DNA of 63,621 bases, the filler included, from Octopus bimaculoides (Eukaryota), in NCBI RefSeq assembly GCF_001194135.2. It is 6 parts of 6 records of this genome, joined end to end, with 100 filler letters (N's around TTAATTAATTAA, not from the genome) between each part and the next. Parts side by side here need not be neighbours in the genome. Positions count along the whole stretch, not along the records: positions 1 to 21,599 come from NC_068984.1; 5 more parts are not named here. One strand, 5' to 3'. The notes below the pieces were generated by a model. It made no database searches, was not told the origin of the DNA, and saw nothing but the letters and a program-made list of their open reading frames with translations. The position numbers and the translations under genes were made by a program. This document shows, in pieces, positions 1 to 13,256 of the stretch (position 1 is its first letter; the number at the start of each line of letters is the position of its first letter).

Positions 1-68
<68 letters not shown>

Positions 69-69
<1 letters not shown>

Positions 70-217
70 GGTGCAGGTGTGGCTATGTGGTAAGACGCTC
101 GCTTACCAAACATATGGATCCGGGTTCAGTGCCACTGCATGGCACTTTGGCAAGTGTCATCTGTTACAGCCTCCTTGTGAATGGATTTGGTAGAGGGGAA
201 ACTGAAAGAAGCCCATC

Positions 218-220
<3 letters not shown>
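69..220 (+). mobile_element. tRNA-derived CORE-type SINE, head and core only, between (TA)n tracts
   Basis: Head ggtgcaggtgtggctatgtggtaag..ccgggttcagtgcc (A/B-box-like) followed by ggcactttggcaagtgtc, resembling the MIR/CORE domain. The same sequence recurs about 9 times in the window. Confidence 0.8.
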
Positions 221-265
<45 letters not shown>

Positions 266-399
266 ATAAATGAATAGTTAGTTTGGTAAGTGAAGGCACA
301 CGAAACTCTCGTCTCTTGAGTCACGTTGTAGTTTATGATGCATAATGTCCATATGTGTACTGTGTGTATGTGTGTGTGTATTACTCCATTATATATGTG

Positions 400-536
400 T
401 GTGTGTGTGTGTGTGTGCATAAGAAGTTACACATGAACCATACACACCAGTTACACATAAGTGTAAACGCTGCATAATACAAACATGAAATTCAAGCAGA
501 AATAACGAAAATCGTCATACAACACACACACGCACG

Positions 537-574
<38 letters not shown>

Positions 575-687
575 TACACGCACACACACCGAGCGTGCGC
601 ACAATAAAACATGCACAAAGACTTACACACACAAAACTGACGCATACATACAAACACATACAGTATCCCATTCAACACAGACCAGCA

Positions 688-725
<38 letters not shown>

Positions 726-845
726 GAAGATAAATACATTCACACAAACACACACATGCATATATGTATATGACACTCACATTCAACGACCGTACGTACG
801 CCATACACACAAATACACACGTAAGCACGCACATACTACATCACA

Positions 846-900
<55 letters not shown>

Positions 901-1290
901 ACCGAACTAACCACGTGCAAATTTTCGTTCTGTTGTGTGTTAAAATTTCGCACACCACCACCCCGACAACTGTCTCCCGAGCTACTACTACCACTACTAG
1001 TACAACTACTACTGCCACCACCACCACCACCACCTCGACCACCACCTATGCTGCTAGTACTACTACTACTACTACTACCACTACAACTACTACTACTGCT
1101 TCTACCACCACTACTACTACTACTAATACAACCACTAACACAACTACCCCTAATATCACTACTACTACTACTACTACTGCTACCACCACCACCCCTACCA
1201 TCACCACCTATACTGCCGCTGCTGCTGCTACTACTACTACCGCCACCACTGATACGACTATTACCGCAACCACTGCCACTTAAGGTTACT
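400..1290. repeat. Compound microsatellite block: (CA)n then (CTA/CCA)n
   Basis: Visible directly; explains the poly-HT/CV/T/L ORFs in the track. Confidence 0.95.
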
Positions 1291-1469
1291 GGTTGTAGCC
1301 CGATGTATATGAAAATAATACTAATAATAATAATTTCTTTATTGGCCACAAAGGCCGAACGCAAAACAAATAGGAACAATACAACACAAAGGACAAGTGA
1401 AGTTTGGAACAATGTCGTGTATACAGTAAATAACAATAACAATTAACAATATAATTAAACAATAAAAAT

Positions 1470-2330
1470 TCCCCCAAAAGGCGAGGAGTTCCTCACAGGG
1501 TCAACCGAAGAACCCCACACATCCTGGTTACCTTGACCACCAGGTGCATCTCAGCAGGTGCTAATCCTCCTTAAACTCCTCCGGTTTACAAGCGAATGTT
1601 CAGAGTAGGCCCATTTACACGAGCTACCCTCGCCACATTCACTCACCTTTCAACAAATATGCTGGTGGTGGCGGTGGTGCTGGGGGTGCAGTACTTCCTT
1701 GTCCACCCTCACTTGACAGGGAACTTGAAAAAGTCGATGAGGGCTTGGCTGAAGTGTACAGTATCTCTCTTCAGTCCTTTCAATATCATCCACCATACTA
1801 CATCGTTCGCCATAGACACCAGACAGAAGAATACTGCCTTTCCTTCCCAGGCAAAAGTAGGCGCCGGGTCGACCTTCACGATGGACTCAGCTGATAACCA
1901 GGTCCCTCCTACTTGCATCAACCGCTGTTCGACAAAGTTCCAGAAGTCAGTAATACCCGACCACTAGACGAATGTATGCAAGATGGTTTCGTCGCCCAGT
2001 GCACACCTCGAACCTGTGCACACCATCTGCCAGCACTTACGTGTCTGTAGAGCTTGTCTCGAACCAGCAGAGCTCCCAGGTAGCGCTGTCAGGTATGGGA
2101 ATTCTGAAAGTTATCCATAAGCCTTGGCCCGAAAGTTCTCCGGTAAAGATCAGATAATTGATCCCTCCAGACGCCGAGAGTTTCTCCGGGGACGTCGTTG
2201 CCCGTCACTAACCCCTATAGAACCGTGTAGTGGAACTTCCACCAACCGCATTGCTTAACTTGCAGAAAGCTGTGAGGTCTTGCCGACACTCTAGGTGCCA
2301 AGCACCCTTTCTTGGTCTACGCTTGATCTA
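1470..2330 (-). mobile_element. Tx1/L1-clade non-LTR retrotransposon, 3' fragment (copy 1)
   Basis: Minus-strand GKAVFFCLVSMANDVVWWMILKGLKRDTVHFSQALIDFFKF matches the C-terminal region seen in the copies at 2940-3400 and 44380-44930. Stops and frameshifts present. Confidence 0.7.
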
Positions 2331-2339
2331 GGACTGATA

Positions 2340-2935
2340 ATAATTAAAGAAACCATACTATAATATATGCTAATACTCACAGATAGAGAAATCAAGGCTA
2401 ATATACCGGATATAGTTATCAGAGATCATCAAGAAAAAATGCTTTTTATTGATGTACCGGTCCCAACAGATGACAATGTATCTCTGAAAAAAAAAAAAAC
2501 GAAGAAACTCTTAAAATACAAACATCTGGAAATAGAGATACCCCGAATGTGGAGTCTAAAGACAGAAAGAATCCTTATAATAAAAGGTGTATAAGATATA
2601 ATTAAGAACATAACCAAGACTTACAAATATATATAACATACAGTAAATAGCACTACTAGGCACCGAACACATCCTAAATAAAGCACTTTTAGTACAGTAA
2701 CGGTAACAACACCAAAGCAAACCACAGCAGATACCCAAAGCACTCAAAGCTGCGCTCGGTAGCGCAGTGAAAGCACGTGATAAAATAAGAAGTGAATAAT
2801 AATAAAAATAGTGTCACCCTTAACAAAGAGCAAGTAACTCCATCGTACTGAATCTTTAAAAGACTTGATGAAACCATTGCCCACATGATGAAAAAATGTC
2901 CTCAACTTTCTCCAAACCAATATAAGTTTAGCGAC
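2340..2935 (+). mobile_element. R4/Dong-like (RLE) LINE 3' fragments
   Basis: ANIPDIVIRDHQEKMLFIDVPVPTDDNVSLK..KYKHLEIEIPRMW is a PD-(D/E)xK RLE motif. A second piece reads DETIAHMMKKCPQLS (CCHC-like). Confidence 0.75.
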
Positions 2936-2939
2936 ACGT

Positions 2940-4330
2940 TAAGGTAGAGAAACTGCCACAATAGATAATGTGTAATATGAGCGAGGGAGTGGTCTAGAGA
3001 GTTGCAAGACGTGGTATAAGCACAAACCACAGAGACTGACGGAGTCGAAGACTTGCAAAATCTTGTGAGATTTCCGATTCCAAACGAACCAGGTGCTTGA
3101 GCACATCAAGTTCGAACCAGTAGTGCCCTCTGGTAGCACTGTCAGGCCAAGGACATCTGGGAATTATCCATGATAGTCCCCGACGGAAAGTCCTCCGGAG
3201 CAGACTAGCCAGTTCGTTCTCGTCGGCGCGCAGATTCTCTTCGAGAACGTCGTCGTACTTCGCCACTAATCCTCTATAAATTTCAAAGCGCAACATCCAC
3301 CGATCCCAGTTTGGCTGTGAACGCCTGACGACATTGTAGGTGCCAGGTACCCAGTCTCGGTCTGTTCTTCACCCACGACTGCAGATCCGTCAAGGAGAAC
3401 AGCTGCGGAAAGACGAGTCTCACAAACGGAGCCCACACGCTCACCGTCCAGAAATCGTTGCATGTGACGTAACCTAAGGTCGTGTCTGCGCATAAGGAGC
3501 CATGGGATACCTAATCCGCCACTCAGAGGATGCTGGCAACAGACTGACAGCCTGACCATTGGAACGCATCCCTTCCACAAGAATTTAAATAAGAGATGCT
3601 CCAACCTTGTCAAGCAGTAACCGGGACAAGAGACGACGGTCAGGCGATAAAAGATAACAGGCGATGTAAGCATTCGTCACCTCTGCCCGGCCTTTCAGGG
3701 ACAGCTTTCTTTCAGCCTATTTCTGAGTAAGACTCGCCACCAAGTTCGCCACCTCGTCTCAGTTCTTATCAACTTGGAGGTCGGAACCAAACCAGACTGC
3801 GAGCAATTTAGCTTGTCCGCCGGTCCAGCGTCCGACGACGCCATCCTATGACATCGTCCTGCCTCTCCAGGAGCCCAACCGCAAACCAACCGATTTGTCG
3901 GCGTTGATTTTAGCCTCTGCAACCGACTGAGATTCCTTTAGGATGGTGCTGACCGTCTCCACTTCGGAGGCGTCGGAGATCATGGCGGTGACATCGCCCT
4001 CGTAGGCTGACGCTGCTCTTTTTTGACCCAGTTTGAAATGGATGCCCTTAAGCTGTTCCAACTTCCGCAACAGTGGCTTGAGTGCTAATACGTATAGAAA
4101 AGGCGACCGAGAGTGCGATGTCAAACGGCCAATAATAATAATCGATCCTATTAAAAGCGCAAGGCCTAAAATTGTGGGGGAGGGGGCTAGTCGAATACAA
4201 CAATCCCAATGTTTCACTTGTACTTATTTCCGTAAAGGAAAATGTCTGTGCCCAGGCCTTCTACCAACAAACACTTTCACTATAGCCATCAGACAGAAGG
4301 CAACTGCTTGCGCTTTCCAGTCGAAGTACG
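2940..4330 (-). mobile_element. Tx1/L1-clade LINE ORF2 (RT and downstream), degenerate (copy 2)
   Basis: SPFLYVLALKPLLRKL..SAYEGDVT (YADD-like), KINADKSVGLRLGSW and LFKFLWKG..HPLSGGLGIPWLLMRRHDLRLRH are typical L1/Tx1 RT-region motifs; frameshifted. Confidence 0.8.
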
Positions 4331-4599
4331 GCACTGAGAGGAGAAGGAGTCAGACTGAATACTTTCCTGGTTCGTGTGTTTTGCTTTTCTTGTTGTCGGT
4401 GGCGTTGTGAATTTGCTTGTCATGCTGTTACTACAATTTTGGTGCAGGTGCCACTTCTGTTGCCCCTAGTCCCTTCACAACTGCTGTTACTGGTGTTGTT
4501 TCTGATCCTTTTACTGCTGTTGTTACTGCTATTACTATTGTACGCAGCAATTGTTAGATTAATTATGTCAACAGCAACGGTGGAGTGGGGGACTCCAAC

Positions 4600-4880
4600 G
4601 TCTTGTTCTTTGATAATTACGGAGAGCTCTGATGTGGCCTCCCATAACATAAATTGACTCTTCGCCTTCTGCTCTCAGCCACAACACGCAGCTCCATTCA
4701 ATTGGGCAGGTGGATAACTTCTGCAATCTATTTCACCTCCTCCGGTTTAATATGGAAGAGGATCTCCACGGTGATCCAAGACAAAATCTCCTTTCCGTTT
4801 ATTTCACCTCATTATGTTATCACTACTATCCAAAGTAAGAGAGCCACCACCATCAGATGTCCAAACCAATAGGAACTCTA
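4600..4880 (-). mobile_element. Probable Tx1 ORF1 remnant
   Basis: Minus-strand WITVEILFHIKPEEV..ELRVVAESRRRRV..GHIR resembles the ORF1 region ending in a decayed zinc knuckle; same strand as the adjacent ORF2. Confidence 0.4.
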
Positions 4881-5019
4881 TCTTAATGCGACCGGTCATT
4901 CCCCCTAAAGAGTGAACACCCTGTCGTATACATAAACTATGTAGTGCTACAGCACGAGGGCCCCCTTGCTTCGGTCACATGGTTTAAATCTCTCCATATT
5001 TCTTTCAATACTCTTTTAA

Positions 5020-5135
5020 CCTGGGTGGGTTATTGAGCAGAATATTTGCTGTAGCCCATCTTTTATACCAAGGTAAATCAATGTACACGATAACACTTCC
5101 AATCAATTAAGATCAGAAGCCACTGCCACTGCTTA
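5020..5135 (-). repeat. Partial inverted copy of the dispersed repeat at 6045-6605
   Basis: gttattgagcagaatatttgctgtagcccatc...gatcagaagcca is the reverse complement of about 6080-6180. Confidence 0.8.
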
Positions 5136-5942
5136 GTATTGTATGAGGGCATTTATTATGCTTTTAGCGTTGGCGTTCAGACGACACACAGGGATATACT
5201 ACCGTCTTCGGTGCAATTGCTGCCAAAACCACAGCGAGGATGGCAACCTGTTCTCGCCTTCATTTCACAAGGTGTTTCACCTGTTTCAGTTGTACCTATT
5301 TGTCATTTAAGAAATAATGGGTTGATTTCGTCGCCATCTCAACAAAAGTTTGTCTGCTCCAACCCTTACTGTGTAGCCGTCACCGTGGTCGCTGTGTTGT
5401 TGCTGCTGATACTGTTAATAAAGTTACGGTCGCTGTCCTTGTTGTTGAAGCTGCTACAATTACAGCTGTTATTGCTGTCGTTGGTTTTGTATTCGTTCTC
5501 GTTGCTTCTGTTGTTCCTGTGGCCCTTATACTTGTTGTTGTGGAATTTGTTTTTGCAGCTTCTGCTGTCGTTGTGGATTGTTTAGTTAAAATAATTATCG
5601 CAAATTCTGTTGCTGTACCTGGTGTTCTCGAGCTTTTTCTTTCTCATGAAACTACTAGTTCAGTGTTATTTTCCTGCTATCTCCGCATTTAAACGGTTCA
5701 TGGCCGTAAAAACCACCTAAAGCCACGAATAAAATCCAAGTAAATAACTATTACAATAATTGAACCTTTTAGATCACAATTCCGTGTCTCAGATTTTAAG
5801 CAGGCAAAGCAAAGATCCAAATTTAATGCTTCAACAAAAATTTACGACTCTGAACGAAATATTTTCAATGATATCAAGTAAATATTTTGTAGCAGATGTG
5901 GTACACCAACAACACGAACGGCGACGATGATGATGATGATAT

Positions 5943-6605
<663 letters not shown>

Positions 6606-6619
6606 AAATGGTAATAATA

Positions 6620-7770
6620 ATTATTATTGATATAGATGTAAATTTGTAATCCGGATATATAAACTGGAGGCTTCGAAGCAGTTGTCCATAGTTATCTTCT
6701 TCCCCTTTGATTTTCAAAGAGACATTCACATCAGCAGGACAGCTTACATCTATGGCAATACATACGCTTTCTTGTCTGTCCCAGACAACAATATCCGGCC
6801 TGTTATGCTTACGCTTGACAGATGTTTTCATGACAATGTTCCATCAGTATTCTTTGTGTTGATATTTGTGTACATATTAAATAACAAGAGGATTCTCTAT
6901 ATTTATTTCAGGACAGTCCTTTATTCCGAATGCTATTGTGTGATGTTTTTGCGACAACATCATGCCGCATAGGGAGGTAGTATATTGATGACATTTTGGG
7001 CAGCTGCTAATCAGGAGCCTTACACAGAAATATGACATACTCTATATCTACGGTTGCATCTTGAAACTCCTAGGGCTTGGCTGTCTCTTTTGTTTGTTAG
7101 GTATTTACTGCAAGTCTCCTGTTCTTGGATTGCAAATGCATAGCCATCAAAGTGTGATGTGATGTAGTGGTCACGTGTCAAAGAGAAGCTTCGCTTCATG
7201 ACAGTGTTAGAAACTTCTTCAATTCTACGAGAAACATATCCATGCATGGTCTTCTTTTATTCTTTCTTGTTTTGGTATGCTGAGCGTTTCGCCTCCAGGT
7301 CTTCCTTGAGGTATGCTAATCCGGTCTTTTGGGGGTTATATGGGTAGTCATCAGGAAGAGAGTACTTCCCGAGGATCTCACTTCCAACACGTAGGACATA
7401 GTTTTCTTCACTTTTCAGCACTAAGTGTTAATGTATTTATTTTTGCTGCTGTTGCTTAGCAAGTGCTGTCTGAGAGAGACTATTCGACATTCAAATGCTG
7501 TCTGCACTGATCTCAAGCTTCTACCTTCTTTCTGTCTTCCTAGCTAGAGCCTGTTGATATCACTATTCTTTGTGGGGACTTCCAGTTAATGTTAGAATTC
7601 TGCGGGTTTTTATGTCTTTGGAGTAGATTTTTTACAGACCAGTCAAGTATCCCAAATGCTGGAATCAGGAATGGCATTACAAATGCATTGTCAGATATCG
7701 ACCTGTTGTAAGGAGATAGTTCTGACTGCCATATTTTTCTTAGTCTGGTGTATATGTATGTATGTATATA
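6620..7770 (-). mobile_element. R4/Dong-like (RLE) LINE, RT C-terminus to endonuclease, degenerate
   Basis: KTRRILTLTG..NSDINRL, FDGYAFAIQEQE..KYL, CHISV..HIISSCPK..MRHD and KHNRPDIVVWDRQESVCIAIDVSCP. Confidence 0.8.
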
Positions 7771-8515
7771 GGTATGTATACGTATATANNNNNNNNNNNN
7801 NNNNNNNNNNNNNNNNNNNNNNNNNNNNNNNNNNNNNNNNNNNNNNNNNNNNNNNNNNNNNNNNNNNNNNNNNNNNNNNNNNNNNNNNNNNNNNNNNNNN
7901 NNNNNNNNNNNNNNNNNNNNNNNNNNNNNNNNNNNNNNNNNNNNNNNNNNNNNNNNNNNNNNNNNNNNNNNNNNNNNNNNNNNNNNNNNNNNNNNNNNNN
8001 NNNNNNNNNNNNNNNNNNNNNNNNNNNNNNNNNNNNNNNNNNNNNNNNNNNNNNNNNTTTTTTTTGCAGCGTCCTCCCAGAAATTCTAAGTCCTTGGCTA
8101 AGCTAAATGCCTGGGCTCTGAATGTATAGAGAAAGTGCCTTACCCAATTTGCACGATCCTTCTCTCGACTTCACTGATTTACTCCAAAGGAGAGACAAGG
8201 CCAATACATTTGGAACCAGCAAAGTTGCAGGGGCTGCCAGAAGATAGTTTGGATCACTCCTCCCCATCAACTGCCGTTAACTGTTCATGGAGTTCCTCTG
8301 TCCTGTGACGGATCTTATTTTTTATCCCACAGGGTGTCCAACACATCCTCCTCACCAAGCAAGCCTGGTGGGGTTGCCAGTTTAGTCACCGACGACCCCA
8401 CCATTCAACAGGTTGTAATGGGTTACATGTTACCAGTAACACTGCAGAGCGACCTGACATGCTGCTATACATTGATATCTTTTGGTCTGCCATGTTGACT
8501 TGACGATAACTATTA

Positions 8516-8611
<96 letters not shown>

Positions 8612-8799
8612 ATATATGCATATACTTATACATATATATATCTGCATACACATATACATACATACATGCATACATACTTACATGCATACACACAGACATA
8701 CATGATGGTTGACTGCTTCTTATGCAGAGCCTGACCACCCCCTGTGCCTACACCTTAGAACCATCATGGCATCTGATGTGGATTTTTAAACCAGACAAT

Positions 8800-9400
8800 G
8801 TTTTGAAAAGACACCAACATAGATTGCATCACTGATTTAGACCACCAAGATTTGCGGATAAGTTCTGATCTTTGTGCATCTTAAAATGTCCATTGAGGCC
8901 TCCATTAGATTTGCAGACGTTCTGGCATACGTTGCCTTGGCATACATTGCAGTGACATATAGGCAGAATAGTTGGTCGAGTTTCGTTTTCCATGGGTTTG
9001 CAAATCAGCCGCACCCAAGTATGAATTGTTGGCATACATTATGTAGTATGTATTCGTTAAATGTAGATGACTGCCTCCTCTCGGCAATACATAGTTACCG
9101 TCTCGGCACTTTAGCTTTGGTCCAGCCGGATATTGATGATCTAACAGCTTATGGGTCAGAAATTTGTTGGCCAGCATTTCAGAGGTACTCATTACAGTGT
9201 AATAGATGGGGACAAATTCTCATCACATTTCTTCCATGAGGGTCGACTTGGAGTTAAATATCATCAGACACAGCAATAATATGTTTAAGCAAACGTCAGA
9301 AAGTCCAAGGGACGTCACTAAATACCGAAATGCTTTTGGTCTGTGATTCTACCGATTCTGCCGCGAACCACTATTGAAATCTATTAGTAACAACACAAAC
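8800..9400 (-). mobile_element. RTE-clade LINE 3' fragment, highly decayed
   Basis: LTHKLLD..GPKLKCRD resembles the RTE GRPKLRWxD motif; the terminal CQNVCKSNGGLNGHFKMH is C2H2-like. Confidence 0.55.
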
Positions 9401-9507
9401 AATAATTGTGAATTTTATCTGAATTATAACATTAGAAAATGACAACTACTATATTCATACTAATTACATTAATCATTAATTATCTATTATTATCATCATC
9501 ATCATGA

Positions 9508-9552
<45 letters not shown>

Positions 9553-10063
9553 GTGTGCCCACTTTATCATTGCTATTATTAAAATTAATATTACTATCAT
9601 TATAACTATGACTATAATTATCACGACAATTATCAATATTGCAAGTGGAAGCGCTGTTTGTCACATCTGTCTGTCTGTCTGGCTGGCTGTCTCTCTGTTT
9701 CTCTCGCCCTCTCCCCCTCTTTCTCTCTCTCCCTCTTTCTTTGCTCTCTATTTCTCATTCCTTTTCAAACCACACCACCATCAACACTACAAAAACTATC
9801 ATACTGTCGGTACATCATTTAAAAACCCTACACTTCTTAAGTTCTCCTCATCACCGTATTTCCTCGCTCCTCACATATCCCGCCCACCCAATCCGGCTTC
9901 TTCACAACCGCTGCGTATCAGCCGCCTCGCTGCCGCCGCCCCACGCTGACTTTCCCTATCACATCTCTCATTCCTTCCTCGCTCTTCCAGCTTCTTCCAC
10001 CATCACTCTTCTTCCGCCTCCTACTCTCAATCTCTCCGCCTCTCTCACTCATACTCCATCTGC

Positions 10064-10109
<46 letters not shown>

Positions 10110-11821
10110 ATCTTTCGCCCTCTTTCTTTCTTTGTTTTTATTGTTTATTACTAACATTTTCATACGTTTACTATCCCCTTGTATACGTACCTCCGCTACC
10201 TTCGTCTTCTCATTCCGGGACCTCATGTGTAGCCACGCATACAGACACGCACACAGAGAAATACACACACACTCACACACACATACATACATACACGCAT
10301 ACATACATACAAACATGCATACATACATACATACATACATACATACATACATACAAGCCCATACATACATACAAGCCCATACATACATACATACATACAT
10401 ACAAGCCCATACATATGCACGCCAACGCAACCTTCTAATATGACCACAGTTACATTTTATTAAAATTTTTATTGTCTTTCTTCTGTTTATTTATTAATCT
10501 AACTTTTTTTTCTTTTCGCTGTATTTTTTATGCATATAACTCCTTCCGCATCACCACAATTATTATAGCAGAGTTATAACATACTTAAATATATTTTTGT
10601 CTTCTTCAGCACACGAATAATGTATACAAACCTACTCATAAACATACAGTCATATATTCATACACACAAATGTAATCACACTCACATATATACACGTATA
10701 TATGTATATATGTGTGTGTGTGTATGTGTGTCTGTGTTTGTGTATATATATATATATATATATATACGTACATATATATAGATATATAGATACATCAATA
10801 CACGNNNNNNNNNNNNNNNNNNNNNNNNNNNNNNNNNNNNNNNNNNNNNNNNNNNNNNNNNNNNNNNNNNNNNNNNNNNNNNNNNNNNNNNNNNNNNNNN
10901 NNNNNNNNNNNNNNNNNNNNNNNNNNNNNNNNNNNNNNNNNNNNNNNNNNNNNNNNNNNNNNNNNNNNNNNNNNNNNNNNNNNNNNNNNNNNNNNNNNNN
11001 NNNNNNNNNNNNNNNNNNNNNNNNNNNNNNNNNNNNNNNNNNNNNNNNNNNNNNNNNNNNNNNNNNNNNNNNNNNNNNNNNNNNNNNNNNNNNNNNNNNN
11101 NNNNNNNNNNNNNNNNNNNNNNNNNNNNNNNNNNNNNNNNNNNNNNNNNNNNNNNNNNNNNNNNNNNNNNNNNNNNNNNNNNNNNNNNNNNNNNNNNNNN
11201 NNNNNNNNNNNNNNNNNNNNNNNNNNNNNNNNNNNNNNNNNNNNNNNNNNNNNNNNNNNNNNNNNNNNNNNNNNNNNNNNNNNNNNNNNNNNNNNNNNNN
11301 NNNNNNNNNNNNNNNNNNNNNNNNNNNNNNNNNNNNNNNNNNNNNNNNNNNNNNNNNNNNNNNNNNNNNNNNNNNNNNNNNNNNNNNNNNNNNNNNNNNN
11401 NNNNNNNNNNNNNNNNNNNNNNNNNNNNNNNNNNNNNNNNNNNNNNNNNNNNNNNNNNNNNNNNNNNNNNNNNNNNNNNNNNNNNNNNNNNNNNNNNNNN
11501 NNNNNNNNNNNNNNNNNNNNNNNNNNNNNNNNNNNNNNNNNNNNNNNNNNNNNNNNNNNNNNNNNNNNNNNNNNNNNNNNNNNNNNNNNNNNNNNNNNNN
11601 NNNNNNNNNNNNNNNNNNNNNNNNNNNNNNNNNNNNNNNNNNNNNNNNNNNNNNNNNNNNNNNNNNNNNNNNNNNNNNNNNNNNNNNNNNNNNNNNNNNN
11701 NNNNNNNNNNNNNNNNNNNNNNNNNNNNNNNNNNNNNNNNNNNNNNNNNNNNNNNNNNNNNNNNNNNNNNNNNNNNNNNNNNNNNNNNNNNNNNNNNNTA
11801 TATATATATATATATATATAT

Positions 11822-11985
11822 TCACGACGGGCTTCTCTCCCTTTCCGTCCACCAAATCTACTTCCAAGGCTCAGGTAAGCCCGAGGTTATAGTAGAAGAC
11901 TAATGCCCACTGTGCCACGCAATGGGACTGAACCCGAAACCACGTGGTTGGAATCAAACTACTTACACACAGCCACGCCCGCGCC
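11822..11985 (-). mobile_element. CORE-type SINE head
   Basis: Reverse complement of the family at 69-220. Confidence 0.8.
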
Positions 11986-12149
11986 TATATATAAATATTT
12001 GTCAATGTGTGTGTGTGTGTGTGTGTGCACATATTCATACACGCTTATACACACTAACACACTCATATTACCATCAGCCGTGCACAGTTTTTCCTCAAGT
12101 TTGTTTTAGAGCGGATATAAATAAAATCATGTGAATTCTTCCATGTCGA

Positions 12150-12620
12150 TCGCCTTCAGTTTGTCTCGGAATATTGAATAACACGGAATTGTTACATCTA
12201 CCTCATGAAATCTAGAGCAAAAATGAAATATAGCACATTTTTAGATTTTCTCGGAGGTGTCCTGGTTGTAACAAAACAAACGTTATAGAGTTAATAAAAG
12301 CGAATTCTTTTTTATATGCATCAGATTTTTCAATATCGATAGCAATTCGTGCAGAGTGGAATTTACAATATTCTTCAAGTTTTTGTTCTCCCTGTTTAGT
12401 ATTTGAAAGAACGTATTTAAGAAATATAGCTTAGATATGCTCCGAAGTAAACCTTCAGCTACTGAGATATAAGATAGCGGTATGAAAATGAGAACGTAGA
12501 TTTATTCATATAATTATATCAAATTATATATGTGCGCATGCACATAGTTATGTACCTAATGAATCTGATGACGTAGGTATGAATCTGCGTCTACGAAATA
12601 TATATAATGACAATAAGGAT
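12150..12620 (+). mobile_element. Degenerate Penelope-like element 3' end (GIY-YIG remnant plus hammerhead-like motif)
   Basis: Fragments RCPGCNK, MHQI and RYAPK*N parallel the PLE endonuclease at 27840-28110; followed by CTGATGA-C-GTAG..CTAC-GAAA-TATA at 12565-12602. Confidence 0.5.
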
Positions 12621-13214
12621 TAGCTTGTTATTAAACATTTTTAGTTCCAACTAAATGAATGGAGTGTTACTATTGTTCTTTTTTTCATGTTCTTCAGCAC
12701 ACAAACACTCGATACTTCTTGTGACTATACTACATTAATTCCAGCTTGACAAGCTTCTATACAACCTAGAAAATGCTTTGTTTGTAGTTCTTTAATAGGA
12801 AGAGATGTTTCAGCCTATCTCCAATGGAAGGAGACACTGTCAATCGCTGAAGAGGCGGTATCATGCCGAAACGCTGTTTTAGCCTGTTAGCAGCTTGATG
12901 TGTCTTTACAAAAGAATGTCTATCGGGAGATATTTTCGTCAGAGACAAAATATCGCAACGAATGCCTTTCACAATTTCTTGTGGCGGCACTTGTAAGAAA
13001 TAAAGATGCACATCTTTATACACAGACCTCATTCTCATAAAAAGATCACACACACATACACACACACACACACGTGTGTGTGTGTGTGTGTTTATGTGTG
13101 TGTATGTATGTATGTATTATAATTCCATATCCTATAATGTTATATATATATATCATTTTATAACATATTAAATTATAGTATATGCATATACACACACGCG
13201 CACACATACACACA

Positions 13215-13256
<42 letters not shown>

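Noticed and set aside
595-1446. Long ORFs (283 and 219 aa) with poly-Pro/Leu/Ser/Thr
   Set aside because: They are translations of (CA)n and (CTA/CCA)n microsatellites; the same applies to the other HT/CV/YI/poly-X ORFs.
10650-11892. 400-aa ORFs
   Set aside because: They consist almost entirely of N gap, as do those at 13168, 16405, 18439, 19818, 25365, 38841 and 51899.
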